Counted from the stretch's first letter, positions 10,201 through 20,008 are shown. The stretch: 32,000 nt of DNA from Ferrovum sp. PN-J185 (GCF_001581925.1 NZ_LQZA01000004.1:49764-81763), one strand, 5' to 3'. The notes: generated from the letters alone by a model not told the origin. Made by a program: numbers and translations.

Positions 10201-11859
10201 GTGCTATCACTTCTCTCCAACAAAAAGTCCCTAAGTTTTGACGGAAAATTTACCCCAGGTAAAACCATACTCTTTGTATTAATCTGTTTTGCATGGCTTA
10301 TTCCCGGTCTCACAGGTCACTCTCCCTGGAAATATGACGAAGCCGTCAGCCAAGGTATTGTTTACCACTTAAATCATGGTGGACATTGGTTGTATCCAAC
10401 TTTGGGTGGAGAGCCTTATTTCAATACCCCCCCTTTTTATTTTTGGGTCGCAGCTCTAATACAACGAGCCTTTGAAGGCTGGATTAATCCTGCAGATGCA
10501 GCAAGGCTCGCAAGCGGTCTATTCATGGCTCTCACTTTTATTATTACAGCATTAGGTGGATACACTTTATTTGGTGTTAGGGCAATGCGTGCGAGCGTCA
10601 TTTTGCTTATGGGCTGCGTGGGATTGTTGCTACGCGCCCATGAGATGAGTTCACATCTGTCTTGGATTACGGGTACTACCATGGTATTGGTAGCTATTCC
10701 TTGGTCGAGGAATCAATCTGTATGGGCTGGTTTATTAGCAGGAACTGGGCTTGGTATAGCGTTTTTATCTATTGGTCCAATAGCTATTGGGCTATTGTTA
10801 CCACTGATGATTTTTAGTCCGATAGTTATTAGACCCGTAAAACCCAAAAACCCACTTTTTTATTTATTTGCTATTGCAGTTACTCTGGCACCTTTCTTGG
10901 TTATTTGGCCCTACGCGCTTCATTTACATCATCCACATGAGTTTCAGCAATGGTGGATTAGACTTGTAGAACCATTTTTGCATCCTGAAAAATGGTTTAT
11001 TCTTACAACAAGTCCACTGTATTATCTTGGTGTAAGTATTTGGTTCGCCTTTCCTGCAGCCCCTCTTGCTTTAGGAGTAGTTTGGTATGGGGGGAAAGCC
11101 TTAAGATCAAGACCATCTATACGCTTTATTATGTTAACCATATTGTGGTTTTACTTTGTGCTGGGCTTTTGTACACAACCTAATGAATTTTATACACTAG
11201 TACTTTTAGTTCCTCTCTCATTATTGGCTGGCGGAAATATTGATTTATTAAAAAGAGGAACAGCTCACGCGCTTGATTGGTTTGGGATGATTACTTTCGG
11301 TTTAATCACCCTTGTTCTTTGGCTTGGTTGGATTGCGCAACTTTTGAATTTTCCAGAAAGTATTGTAAATGTGTTAGATGACAAATTACCCGGTTATAGA
11401 GCACAGTTTCATGTTCTGCCCTTTCTCTTTGCTTTATTTATCAGCTTATTATGGATAGTAACCATTATGCGCTCTCATCAAAATGCCAGACGAGCGTTGA
11501 TAAATTGGTCTGTCGGATTAACTGTCACATGGTTATTATTAATGACTCTCTGGTTACCTTACATAGAACGTGCTAGAGGATACACTTCTGTAATGGCATC
11601 CTTATCAACTCATTTAGTTAATAATCAAGATTGTGTAGCAAGCCTTGGTTTAGGAGAACCACAACGTGGTTTACTCGAGTACTACCTTAACCTACATACT
11701 GAGCGCGAAGAAATTAATCGTGGGAAAAATTGCCACTTAATTCTCATTCAAGATAATCCTCGTCACCGTATTTATCCCTCTATAAAAGGCACACTACTAT
11801 GGAGTGGATCTCGTCCTGGTGACCACAGCGAGCGCTTATATCTTTACTCTAAATCATAA
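10201..11859 (+). CDS. Polytopic membrane glycosyltransferase, family 39 (ArnT/PMT-like)
   Basis: 552 aa with a GTG start and many hydrophobic segments. The N-terminal loop (PWKYDEA...GGHWLYPTLGGEPYFNTPPFYFW) resembles the ArnT/PMT signature DE..Y......G.W..P...G.PY..KPP..YW. Confidence 0.6.
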   Translation: MLSLLSNKKSLSFDGKFTPGKTILFVLICFAWLIPGLTGHSPWKYDEAVSQGIVYHLNHGGHWLYPTLGGEPYFNTPPFYFWVAALIQRAFEGWINPADAARLASGLFMALTFIITALGGYTLFGVRAMRASVILLMGCVGLLLRAHEMSSHLSWITGTTMVLVAIPWSRNQSVWAGLLAGTGLGIAFLSIGPIAIGLLLPLMIFSPIVIRPVKPKNPLFYLFAIAVTLAPFLVIWPYALHLHHPHEFQQWWIRLVEPFLHPEKWFILTTSPLYYLGVSIWFAFPAAPLALGVVWYGGKALRSRPSIRFIMLTILWFYFVLGFCTQPNEFYTLVLLVPLSLLAGGNIDLLKRGTAHALDWFGMITFGLITLVLWLGWIAQLLNFPESIVNVLDDKLPGYRAQFHVLPFLFALFISLLWIVTIMRSHQNARRALINWSVGLTVTWLLLMTLWLPYIERARGYTSVMASLSTHLVNNQDCVASLGLGEPQRGLLEYYLNLHTEREEINRGKNCHLILIQDNPRHRIYPSIKGTLLWSGSRPGDHSERLYLYSKS

Positions 11860-11864
11860 CTACC

Positions 11865-14800
11865 ATGGAAAAAACTGCCTTGAGTCCAGAGTTTGATGGC
11901 TCATTGCCCATTCATGAACATCTAGAAGAGATTCAATCTCTTATATCAAGTCATCAAATACTAATTTTATGTGGTGAAACAGGATCAGGGAAAACCACTC
12001 AGATCCCTAAAATGTGTCTTAGTCTCGGTTTTGGACAAACCAAAATGATCGGTTGTACCCAACCCCGACGTCTGGCTGCACGATCGGTTGCACAACGCTT
12101 GGCCTTTGAATTAAAAACTGAAGTTGGTGTGGGAGTAGGCACCAAAATTCGTTTTCAGGACAGAGTAAACCCCAAGCTTACCTCAGTAAAAGTTATGACA
12201 GATGGTATTTTATTAGCAGAAATCCATCATGACCCCCTACTCAAAGCATACGATGTCATTATTATTGATGAGGCTCACGAGAGAAGTTTAAATATTGATT
12301 TTCTATTGGGCTATTTAAAAAATTTACTGCCCAGACGACAAGACTTAAAACTGATTATCACCTCAGCAACCATTGAAACAGAAAAATTTTCAGCGTTTTT
12401 TAATGGCGCTCCAATTGTTGAAGTGAGTGGCAGAAGTTATCCTGTGGATATACGATACCGTCCTCCTTTAATTGATGAAAATGATGAACAAGAAGACGAA
12501 GAAGAACGAGATACTAAAAGTCATCTTTTACATGTAATAGATGACTTAATGAAAGAAACCTATCAAGGAGATGTTCTGGTATTTCTTCCGGGCGAGAGAG
12601 ATATCAGAGATACCCTCGATTCGTTGAAAAGACAACAACCTCCTCATACAGAAATTGTTCCTTTATATGCTAGGTTATCTCAAGAGGAACAAGATAAAAT
12701 TTTTAAAACAACTGGCCAAAGAAGAATCGTTTTATCTACTAATGTTGCTGAAACCTCACTCACTGTCCCTGGAATTCGATATGTGATAGACGGTGGTTTA
12801 GTGAGAGTTAAACGCTTCAGCCAACGTAATAAAATCGATCAATTGCTCATAGAGAAAAACTCTCAAGCCTCAGCGCAACAACGGGCAGGACGTTCAGGAC
12901 GTATTGCCCCTGGTATCTGTGTTCGCCTTTACAGTGAGGAGGATTATCTCAGTCGACCCGCTTTCACTACTCCAGAATTATTGAGAAGTTCTCTGGCAGG
13001 GGTCATGCTAAAAATGGCTTATCTCGAGCTGGGTGAAATAGAACACTTTCCCTTCATCGACCCTCCCTCACCAAAAGCCATACAAAGTGGACGTATTGAA
13101 TTACTCGAGCTAGGTGCCATTGATCACCAATACCAACTAACAGCTTTAGGGAAACAAATTGCTAAAATTCCTATTGATCCGCATCTAGGACGTATTTTAA
13201 TTGCCGCACAAGATTATCATAGCGTCACGGAAGCTCTCATTATTACCTCTTTTTTGAGTATACAAGATCCACGTGAACGTCCCTTTGAATGGCGACAACA
13301 AGCTGATCAACAACATAAACTCTTTGCTGACCCTCAATCTGACTTTGTTACTATCATAAACATATGGCATGCCTACCTAAAAGAACAAGGAAAAAGTAGA
13401 AAACAACAAATACGTTGGTGTCACGAACATTTCTTAAACTACAAAAGAATGCGGGAGTGGCATGAATTACATCATCAAATCAAACAAACTGCTCAAGGTT
13501 TTCATATCATACCTAACGACAAAGAAGCCACCTATGAACAATTACATCGTGCATTGTTAAGTGGTTTAATTAGTCAAATTGGCTATTATCATACGGAGTT
13601 AGAGCACTATCAGGGTGTGAGAAGCTTAAAATTTAAAATAAGTAAAGGATCTACTTTAGCGTCGAAAAAACCAAAATGGATTATGGCAGCAGATATTCTT
13701 GATACAGGATTGTTACAAGCACGAATAGTAAGTCAAATTCAAAATCACTGGGTTGAGGAATATGCTAAGCAATTAATGCACTATACCCTGACTCCAGGTG
13801 AATGGGATCCTCAACAAGGTCAAGCTATAGCCTATGAAAATGGCTCTTTGTATGGTTTACAAATTATAAATAGAAGAAAGGTGTCACTATCACAACGTGA
13901 TCCTGAACAAGCACACACACTATTGCTTCGTCATCTGTGTGTACTACAAGAGTCTGAAAAAAACATACCTGACTTTATACGAGTTAATCATGAAACTATT
14001 GAAAATGTGGCTCTGATTGAACATAAAACACGACGCCAAGATGTACTTATCGATGAAGAGGCGATAGTAAATTTATATCGACAATATATTCCCTCTCACA
14101 TTACTAAAGCACAAGAGTTACAAAATTGGTATCAAAAGCGTTCATCACTAGAAAAACAACAGCTATTATTCACACCAGACCAATTAAAAAAACATAATAG
14201 TATTTCAACAACCATCGTTTTATATCCTGATACCTTAACTATAAACAATCATACCTACGATTTAACCTATCGATTTGAACCGGGACATTCTCTTGATGGA
14301 GTAACCATTACTGTCCCACTTCCCCTGTTAGTGACCTTACAGGAGAGTAACCTCGAGTGGCTTGTTCCTGGATTGATACGAGATAAAATTCAACAATTAA
14401 TTAAAGGCTTACCTCAGCAGATAAGACGTAACTTAGTTCCTGTTCCAAAATTCATCACAGAATTTTTAGATTGTTACTCAGAAAAAAATGGATCACTAAA
14501 AAACTGTTTAGAAGAATTTATTGCAAAGCGTTATCAACAAAAAATACAACCAGATAATTGGCCTAATACACTATCAGATCATTTATTAATGAATATCCGT
14601 GTGGTTGATGATTCTCTGCAAGAGATCGCTCAATCTAGGTCTCTAAGCACGTTAAAAGATAAGCTCAAGCAACGTCTAGAAAAAGAAAAACAACAACTTA
14701 GCCATCCGCTTTTACAATTAGCAGAAATCACACAATGGAACTTTGGAACCTTACCTGAGTACATTGATATTGTAAAACAAGAGATGACAGTTAGAGTGTT

Positions 14801-15587
14801 TCCTGCTCTCGTTAATGAGAACGATCATCTCTTTATTCGTGCTGTTGAAGATCCTACTGAAGCAAAAAATACAACGCAGCAAGGAATTGTAAGACTATTT
14901 GAAATTCAATTTAAATCTTGGTTAAATAACATTGATAAAAATTTCTCAAATAGTAAAGAAATGGGATTATTGTTATCGAAACTTGCACATCCTCCTGTTT
15001 CTCCTATTGAGGTATGGCTAAAAAAAGCATGGCTTCACCTTCTTCTAAGACACTGTTTAACTACTTTTAATACCACTATTAAAGATGAAGAAGCATTTAA
15101 TCAATTCTATCTCTTTACTAAATCAAACCTAACCACCTATCTTAATCAGTTAAATAATGTTCATCGAAAGATAATCGAACTGGCAAAACGTTATTACTCA
15201 CATACAGACAAGTTAAAAAAATCTTCTAATAATGTCTCATTAACAGATATAGCTACCCATTTTGAATCCTTAATGAATTGGTCAATGTGGACTAATCTGA
15301 CATTTGATGAACTAATGCTGGTACCACGCTATCTAGAGGGACTCATTATTCGTCTTGAAAGGTATAGTTTAGATACTCGGCAGGATTTAGAAAAATGTAA
15401 ACAGTCTCTGCCTTTTAAGAAAAGACTGACTGACCATATCTCAAAATATGGTCAATCCTCACATACTAAACAATTTGCTAAAATGTTAGAAGAATTTTAT
15501 ATTTCTTTATACGCTCAACCCATGAAAACCACATTTCCCATTTCGCTACAACGATTAGAGAAATATTGGACTGAGCATTTAAAATAA
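11865..15587 (+). CDS. hrpA: ATP-dependent RNA helicase HrpA (DEAH box)
   Basis: 1240 aa. Motifs present: GETGSGKTTQ, IIIDEAHERS, TSAT and QRAGRSGR. The long C-terminal extension is typical of HrpA. Confidence 0.92.
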   Translation: MEKTALSPEFDGSLPIHEHLEEIQSLISSHQILILCGETGSGKTTQIPKMCLSLGFGQTKMIGCTQPRRLAARSVAQRLAFELKTEVGVGVGTKIRFQDRVNPKLTSVKVMTDGILLAEIHHDPLLKAYDVIIIDEAHERSLNIDFLLGYLKNLLPRRQDLKLIITSATIETEKFSAFFNGAPIVEVSGRSYPVDIRYRPPLIDENDEQEDEEERDTKSHLLHVIDDLMKETYQGDVLVFLPGERDIRDTLDSLKRQQPPHTEIVPLYARLSQEEQDKIFKTTGQRRIVLSTNVAETSLTVPGIRYVIDGGLVRVKRFSQRNKIDQLLIEKNSQASAQQRAGRSGRIAPGICVRLYSEEDYLSRPAFTTPELLRSSLAGVMLKMAYLELGEIEHFPFIDPPSPKAIQSGRIELLELGAIDHQYQLTALGKQIAKIPIDPHLGRILIAAQDYHSVTEALIITSFLSIQDPRERPFEWRQQADQQHKLFADPQSDFVTIINIWHAYLKEQGKSRKQQIRWCHEHFLNYKRMREWHELHHQIKQTAQGFHIIPNDKEATYEQLHRALLSGLISQIGYYHTELEHYQGVRSLKFKISKGSTLASKKPKWIMAADILDTGLLQARIVSQIQNHWVEEYAKQLMHYTLTPGEWDPQQGQAIAYENGSLYGLQIINRRKVSLSQRDPEQAHTLLLRHLCVLQESEKNIPDFIRVNHETIENVALIEHKTRRQDVLIDEEAIVNLYRQYIPSHITKAQELQNWYQKRSSLEKQQLLFTPDQLKKHNSISTTIVLYPDTLTINNHTYDLTYRFEPGHSLDGVTITVPLPLLVTLQESNLEWLVPGLIRDKIQQLIKGLPQQIRRNLVPVPKFITEFLDCYSEKNGSLKNCLEEFIAKRYQQKIQPDNWPNTLSDHLLMNIRVVDDSLQEIAQSRSLSTLKDKLKQRLEKEKQQLSHPLLQLAEITQWNFGTLPEYIDIVKQEMTVRVFPALVNENDHLFIRAVEDPTEAKNTTQQGIVRLFEIQFKSWLNNIDKNFSNSKEMGLLLSKLAHPPVSPIEVWLKKAWLHLLLRHCLTTFNTTIKDEEAFNQFYLFTKSNLTTYLNQLNNVHRKIIELAKRYYSHTDKLKKSSNNVSLTDIATHFESLMNWSMWTNLTFDELMLVPRYLEGLIIRLERYSLDTRQDLEKCKQSLPFKKRLTDHISKYGQSSHTKQFAKMLEEFYISLYAQPMKTTFPISLQRLEKYWTEHLK

Positions 15588-15619
15588 TCATGCTACTATT
15601 TACGTTTTGAGGAGATTCT

Positions 15620-16063
15620 ATGAAAAAACTGCTGGTTTTTTTTATTGCTTTTTTTGCTTCTTTTTTCATAGCCCATAATAGTTTTTCAGGTTCTACGGAG
15701 AAAACCACAATGACACTAGACGGCTTAACAATGATTGATCATGTGATTGGGACAGGGGCCACTGCTAAAGCAGGACGAGAAGTCTCGGTTCACTATACTG
15801 GTTGGTTATATGATCCTAACGCAACGGATCATAAAGGCCAAAAATTTGATAGTTCAGTTGATCGTAACCAACCTTTTCAGTTTCCACTTGGTGCAGGACA
15901 AGTTATAAAAGGCTGGGATGAAGGCGTGGCTGGAATGAAGGTTGGGGGTAAGAGAACCTTAATTATTCCTCCTCATTTAGGGTATGGTAGCCGTGGTGCA
16001 GGTGGTGTTATTCCCCCTAATGCCAAACTTATTTTTGATGTGGAATTACTGGAAGTCAATTAA
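15620..16063 (+). CDS. Secreted FKBP-type peptidyl-prolyl cis-trans isomerase
   Basis: It has an N-terminal signal-like segment ([18 protein letters not shown]). The FKBP core is [45 protein letters not shown]. Confidence 0.9.
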   Translation: MKKLLVFFIAFFASFFIAHNSFSGSTEKTTMTLDGLTMIDHVIGTGATAKAGREVSVHYTGWLYDPNATDHKGQKFDSSVDRNQPFQFPLGAGQVIKGWDEGVAGMKVGGKRTLIIPPHLGYGSRGAGGVIPPNAKLIFDVELLEVN

Positions 16064-16066
16064 TCA

Positions 16067-16939
16067 ATGATGAAAAACCACGTAATACATCCATTTTTTG
16101 ATAAAGAGACATGGACATTTTCTTACGTGGTTTATTCCCCTAATGATGCACATGCTTTAGTCATCGACTCGGTATTAAATTTTGATCAAAAATCTGGGCG
16201 GTTTCATACTCATTCAGCTGATGAAATCATTCATTTTGTTAAACAAAACAATCTTATTGTTGACTATATATTAGAAACCCATGCTCACGCAGACCATATC
16301 AGTGCAGGTTATTATTTAAAACAAGCACTGGGCGGGCAATTGGTTATTGGTAAGACTATTACAGGTGTTCAGTCTGTATTTAAAGACATTTTCAATCTTG
16401 GCAATGAATTTATACCTAATGGAAGCGACTTTGATATTCTGTTGAATGATAAAGATTGTATTCAATTTGGTGAATCCATCTGCGAAGCAATTACCGTCCC
16501 TGGTCATACCCCTGCATGTCTAGCTTATCGAATTGAAAACTGTCTTTTTGTTGGTGATACATTATTCATGCCTGATGTAGGAACAGCACGCTGTGACTTT
16601 CCTGGAGGAGATGCGAGCTCATTGTATTGGTCGATTCAAAAACTCTACTCTTATCCTGATGATACCTTAGTTTATCTTTGTCACGATTATCCACCTCAAG
16701 ATAGACAACATATTTCTTATCAGACCACCATCAAGGAACAAAAAGAAAAAAATATTCATGTTCATACTGGGGTAACAGAAGAACAATTTGTCGAGCTTAG
16801 ATCAAATAGAGATAAAACATTAACTTTACCTAACTTAATTATCCCATCTATACAAATAAATATTCGCGCAGGGAAGTATCCCACTCCTGAAAGTAATGGT
16901 GTAAGTTACTTAAAAACACCTATAAATTACTTTATCTAA
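16067..16939 (+). CDS. MBL-fold metallo-hydrolase (glyoxalase II / persulfide dioxygenase-like)
   Basis: HxHxDH motif (THAHADH), plus PGHTP, GDTLF and CHDY. Confidence 0.8.
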   Translation: MMKNHVIHPFFDKETWTFSYVVYSPNDAHALVIDSVLNFDQKSGRFHTHSADEIIHFVKQNNLIVDYILETHAHADHISAGYYLKQALGGQLVIGKTITGVQSVFKDIFNLGNEFIPNGSDFDILLNDKDCIQFGESICEAITVPGHTPACLAYRIENCLFVGDTLFMPDVGTARCDFPGGDASSLYWSIQKLYSYPDDTLVYLCHDYPPQDRQHISYQTTIKEQKEKNIHVHTGVTEEQFVELRSNRDKTLTLPNLIIPSIQINIRAGKYPTPESNGVSYLKTPINYFI

Positions 16940-17105
16940 TAAATCCATTCATCAACCAAAGAGATAAATAGTGTCCTGTAATATTTAGTTAAGGTCGTGC
17001 TGTTAGCGGATGTTCCTAGTGACTATAAGTAGTGATACTCTACTTAGACAAAAGAATATTGATCCGTATTTGCGAAAGGCTTGGAGAGCTAATGAACTAT
17101 TCATC

Positions 17106-17372
17106 TTAGCGCTTTAAATCTCGATAGAAATTTTCATGCGATCGAAACGTTAAAAGCTTGATGCTTTCTGCATCTAAAATTCGATAAGCTAATAAACACC
17201 GCTGCTGAAATAGTCTAAATTTATAGACATATATCCCCAATAAATCTCTTAGCTTTGCTTCTCCAATAGTAGGATCTTTGCAGATAAGTTTGAGCGCGGC
17301 ATCTAACTCTAACTTTTGTGGGGTATGCAGTTTTTTAGTGGCCCTTATAAAAGTAGCCGACCAGTAAACGCA
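17106..17372 (-). pseudogene. RelE/ParE-family toxin with no in-frame start codon (frameshift right after the coupled ATG)
   Basis: My manual minus-strand translation is CVYWSATFIRATKKLHTPQKLELDAALKLICKDPTIGEAKLRDLLGIYVYKFRLFQQRCLLAYRILDAESIKLLTFRSHENFYRDLKR*, 88 codons with ParE/RelE-like architecture. The TAATG stop-start overlap with the antitoxin (ATG at 17373-17371) is offset by one nucleotide from this frame. In its own frame that ATG stops after 12 codons. Confidence 0.6.
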
Positions 17373-17582
17373 TTAGTTAAAAACGTAATCGCCAACAGTA
17401 GACTCTTGATCGGCAATTAAAATTTCCCGAATCAAAGAAAAAGGTAAGTCTGGATTTTCTTGGGCAATTTTGCCAATCTGAGACCAATACTCAATTTGTT
17501 TGGGCACTGAGCGATGCTCAATACTTCCAATCATTTTGGCTTGCTCAACTAGCTTTTCTGACAGTTTCACGTTAATAGACAT
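17373..17582 (-). CDS. ParD-like / ribbon-helix-helix type II antitoxin
   Basis: 69 aa (MSINVKLSEKLVEQAKMIGSIEHRSVPKQIEYWSQIGK...). It sits directly upstream of the RelE/ParE-like frame, overlapping it in TAATG. Confidence 0.6.
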   Translation of the reverse strand: MSINVKLSEKLVEQAKMIGSIEHRSVPKQIEYWSQIGKIAQENPDLPFSLIREILIADQESTVGDYVFN

Positions 17583-17599
17583 GATGGATCTCCGTTAGA

Positions 17600-17638
17600 A
17601 GGTTCCATCATAGATTGAAAAGTTTATTTTTGGAACCT
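17600..17638. promoter_or_regulatory. Candidate operator of the TA module
   Basis: An 8-bp perfect inverted repeat, aggttcca (17600-17607) and tggaacct (17631-17638), lies just upstream of the antitoxin start. Confidence 0.35.
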
Positions 17639-17780
17639 ATATTAAAAGACTGCTTGACTACTATAAGGCAGCCAATTGCTGTTTTTGAGCCTACTTCTTG
17701 CTCTGATTGGGATTACCCGAATTTGACTAGCATTCCAGAAATTATTAACTATGGGTATTTTGATTGATAAATGCTTAAAG

Positions 17781-17810
17781 AAAAAGCCTCTAACAAAAAA
17801 TGTTAGAGGC
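17781..17810 (-). terminator. Rho-independent terminator directly 3' of the tRNA fragment
   Basis: gcctctaaca (17786-17795) pairs with tgttagaggc (17801-17810), with a 5-nt loop. On the minus strand a T5 run follows. Confidence 0.75.
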
Positions 17811-17818
17811 TTTTATGT

Positions 17819-17863
17819 TGGTGGGCCCACCAGGACTTGAACCTGGGACCAAAGGATTATGAG
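17819..17863 (-). tRNA. 3' fragment of a tRNA(CAU) gene (Met or Ile2 type), from the anticodon loop to CCA. This is a probable att direct repeat, not a functional gene.
   Basis: The minus strand reads CTCATAA-TCCTT-TGGTC-CCAGG-TTCAAGT-CCTGG-TGGGCCC-A-CCA: anticodon loop, 3' anticodon stem, variable loop, a perfect T-arm, the 3' acceptor strand, discriminator and CCA. The bases 5' of the loop (CTGCT) cannot pair with TCCTT, and there is no D-arm or 5' acceptor strand. Confidence 0.8.
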
Positions 17864-17949
17864 AGCAGAAGCCCATGATAGACCCCCACAAACAGGGGAT
17901 CTGCGGGTGGTCAGTGTCGGTGTGTAAGCAAATGTGTAGTGAGCAAGCT

Positions 17950-18330
17950 TTACTTATATAACTTATACAAGGTGTCTTCAAAACTCTTAACAAGCAAGGG
18001 AGCTACTTTATTTTCCTGGAACCACTCAAGCATTGTCATTCTCGCCATCATCTGAGCCATACCAAGCTTAGGTAAGTATTGCGGATCCTTGAAAAAATTC
18101 AAAGCTATGGACAGAGCCAAATCATGTGTTGAATAGGGGATAGGGCCACTCTCAAGTTTGGTGCCGATAATTGAGATTTCCTTCTCTGACACCTCTCCCA
18201 TTAATAACTCTCCAGCAAGATCAATAGCGGCAGATAAATTCGCTCTTTTTGCTGGTGGCGGGTCTCCATAAATGGCTTTAATGAACTGATCCATTGCGGA
18301 TTCTTGTTTCTTGCTCCCAAATCCAAACAT
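17950..18330 (-). CDS. Hypothetical protein, 126 aa
   Basis: A long ORF, last gene of a three-gene minus-strand cluster. I recognise no motif. Confidence 0.5.
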   Translation of the reverse strand: MFGFGSKKQESAMDQFIKAIYGDPPPAKRANLSAAIDLAGELLMGEVSEKEISIIGTKLESGPIPYSTHDLALSIALNFFKDPQYLPKLGMAQMMARMTMLEWFQENKVAPLLVKSFEDTLYKLYK

Positions 18331-18464
18331 AATTAATCCTTAGTTACTTGTTAAATAGTCGCTCATAAAGCTTATTACATTAATAATTAATTTGAAAGAA
18401 GTTTGTATTAATAGCCCCTATTTAAGGCGCCTTATGTCTAATTAACAGAATTAGAGGGCACACT

Positions 18465-19331
18465 TTACTTTTTCCGGCGAAATGCTGCCAGCATTCCATT
18501 AGCCAACTCGGGGCGCTTCCTACATATTTCCTTGATTATCCTTCGCCTTCTTTTTTGCATAGCCTTTTTATAAAAAATATCAACGCTATTAGTTGCACGT
18601 TTCAAATCTGAACAAAACTTATCCGAAATCTGCTCCAACATCCTATGATCATTTTTTTGTTCAAGTACCTGTTCCGCAAGTACAAAATATCTTCCATCAC
18701 GCTCCAAACAAATAAATTGCATAAATGAGGCAGATTTAGGCGTATTTAAATATTTCTTACCCATCTTAAAACTAGCAAGAGGGAGCTCGGTGCGAGCTAT
18801 TAGATACTTCCGAGCTAGCTCAAGCCTTTTCTCTCTTGTTCTCTTGACTTCAACAGCTTCATCTGGGATCAAGAGATTACAAGCAGACTCCGAGCGTATA
18901 CGCTCTACCCCACCCGCCTGGTCGACATACTCAGGAAATTTAGAGCTATCAATCTTATTCAGGCGAGCGGTCTCAATTGCACGTGAATAGACGTGGGCAG
19001 TTTTACGATCCGCTTGGGTTATATAACGTATGAGAACTGTAGTATCTGAAGTATTTTCCTGTGTACGGATACCGTACTTTTCAGATAAAACCTTTCTTAA
19101 GATGGCAACCTGGTCTTCCCTATCAATACTCCTATCCAACCGTTCAGCTAAGGCATAAATTTTTCCAAGTAGCTCATACAAGGCTTTTCGACCTGAAATG
19201 ATATATCTATCATTAAATTCTTCATGTTCACGTGCTAATTCATCAGCCTGGCCAATTAAAGTCTTAGCAATAACTAGACTAGCTTTCTTGAATGCATTTA
19301 TTTCTTGCACTTCATTAATCAAATTCATCAC
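18465..19331 (-). CDS. Hypothetical protein, 288 aa, with a very basic C-terminus
   Basis: A long ORF starting 33 nt downstream of the GNAT gene stop. The tail KKAMQKRRRRIIKEICRKRPELANGMLAAFRRKK suggests nucleic-acid binding. I recognise no family. Confidence 0.55.
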   Translation of the reverse strand: MMNLINEVQEINAFKKASLVIAKTLIGQADELAREHEEFNDRYIISGRKALYELLGKIYALAERLDRSIDREDQVAILRKVLSEKYGIRTQENTSDTTVLIRYITQADRKTAHVYSRAIETARLNKIDSSKFPEYVDQAGGVERIRSESACNLLIPDEAVEVKRTREKRLELARKYLIARTELPLASFKMGKKYLNTPKSASFMQFICLERDGRYFVLAEQVLEQKNDHRMLEQISDKFCSDLKRATNSVDIFYKKAMQKRRRRIIKEICRKRPELANGMLAAFRRKK

Positions 19332-19363
19332 TATTCCCTTTCATTATTCTAGTGATATGTGGT

Positions 19364-20008
19364 TCAAGAAAAAAGCATACTGGACCGGTTTATCTCGGAT
19401 ACTTTTTTACTAATAACTTCTTCAAAAGAATTTAAGTAGCATCTTGAAAGACCATTGCCACTTCGTACCTCATACGTAAATCCAAATTTGTTGAAATAAC
19501 GTTTCTTTTCCTTATATCGATCCTCCTCCAGGAAAATCGACTTAACCTGGTTATGCCTCAAAACATACTTCATCAGTTTCGATGCAACGCCGTGACTTCT
19601 ATATGGTGGCTTCACATATACTTCTGCAATACCCCAAATCTCACCGCTATAAAGCCCCTGGAAATAATCTGTGTGGTTAGTAATACGAATAAAACCCAAT
19701 TCCTTATTCCCAATTTTTGCAATAAACATACGAGATTCTTCTGGATCATAAGAATTAAGTTTTAATTTTCTAGCCTCGCCTGAATAGGCCTTTATAAAAT
19801 AACTTGACCATTTAATTTTCTCCGCTAATTTAGTTACTTCAATCACTTCTGGATCCAAAACCCCAATCTCTTTCGAGTAACCCAATTTTGATTCCGAGGG
19901 AGATTTCATTCTCAGATTCATAAACCCCTCATACCACTCCGCAGAGTGAGTAATAGAGGGCTTGCTGATTAAATTTTGACTTACGGTTTTCATCATTGAT
20001 TCCTTCAT
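19364..20008 (-). CDS. GNAT-family N-acetyltransferase with an N-terminal extension of about 90 aa
   Basis: The C-terminal half has GNAT motif A-like sequence: IAEVYVKPPYRSHGVASKLMKYVL ... RYFNKFGF. Confidence 0.65.
   Translation of the reverse strand: MKESMMKTVSQNLISKPSITHSAEWYEGFMNLRMKSPSESKLGYSKEIGVLDPEVIEVTKLAEKIKWSSYFIKAYSGEARKLKLNSYDPEESRMFIAKIGNKELGFIRITNHTDYFQGLYSGEIWGIAEVYVKPPYRSHGVASKLMKYVLRHNQVKSIFLEEDRYKEKKRYFNKFGFTYEVRSGNGLSRCYLNSFEEVISKKVSEINRSSMLFS

Noticed and set aside
17819-17900. Attempt to fold a complete tRNA or tmRNA here
   Set aside because: Only the 3' 45 nt fit a cloverleaf. The upstream bases do not form the anticodon stem, the D-arm or a GGGCCCA 5' acceptor strand. 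The acceptor has G3-C70, not the G-U expected for tmRNA.
17790-17993. 67-aa minus-strand ORF from the track
   Set aside because: It runs straight through the tRNA fragment and its terminator, and overlaps the 3' end of the 126-aa ORF. It is most likely non-coding.
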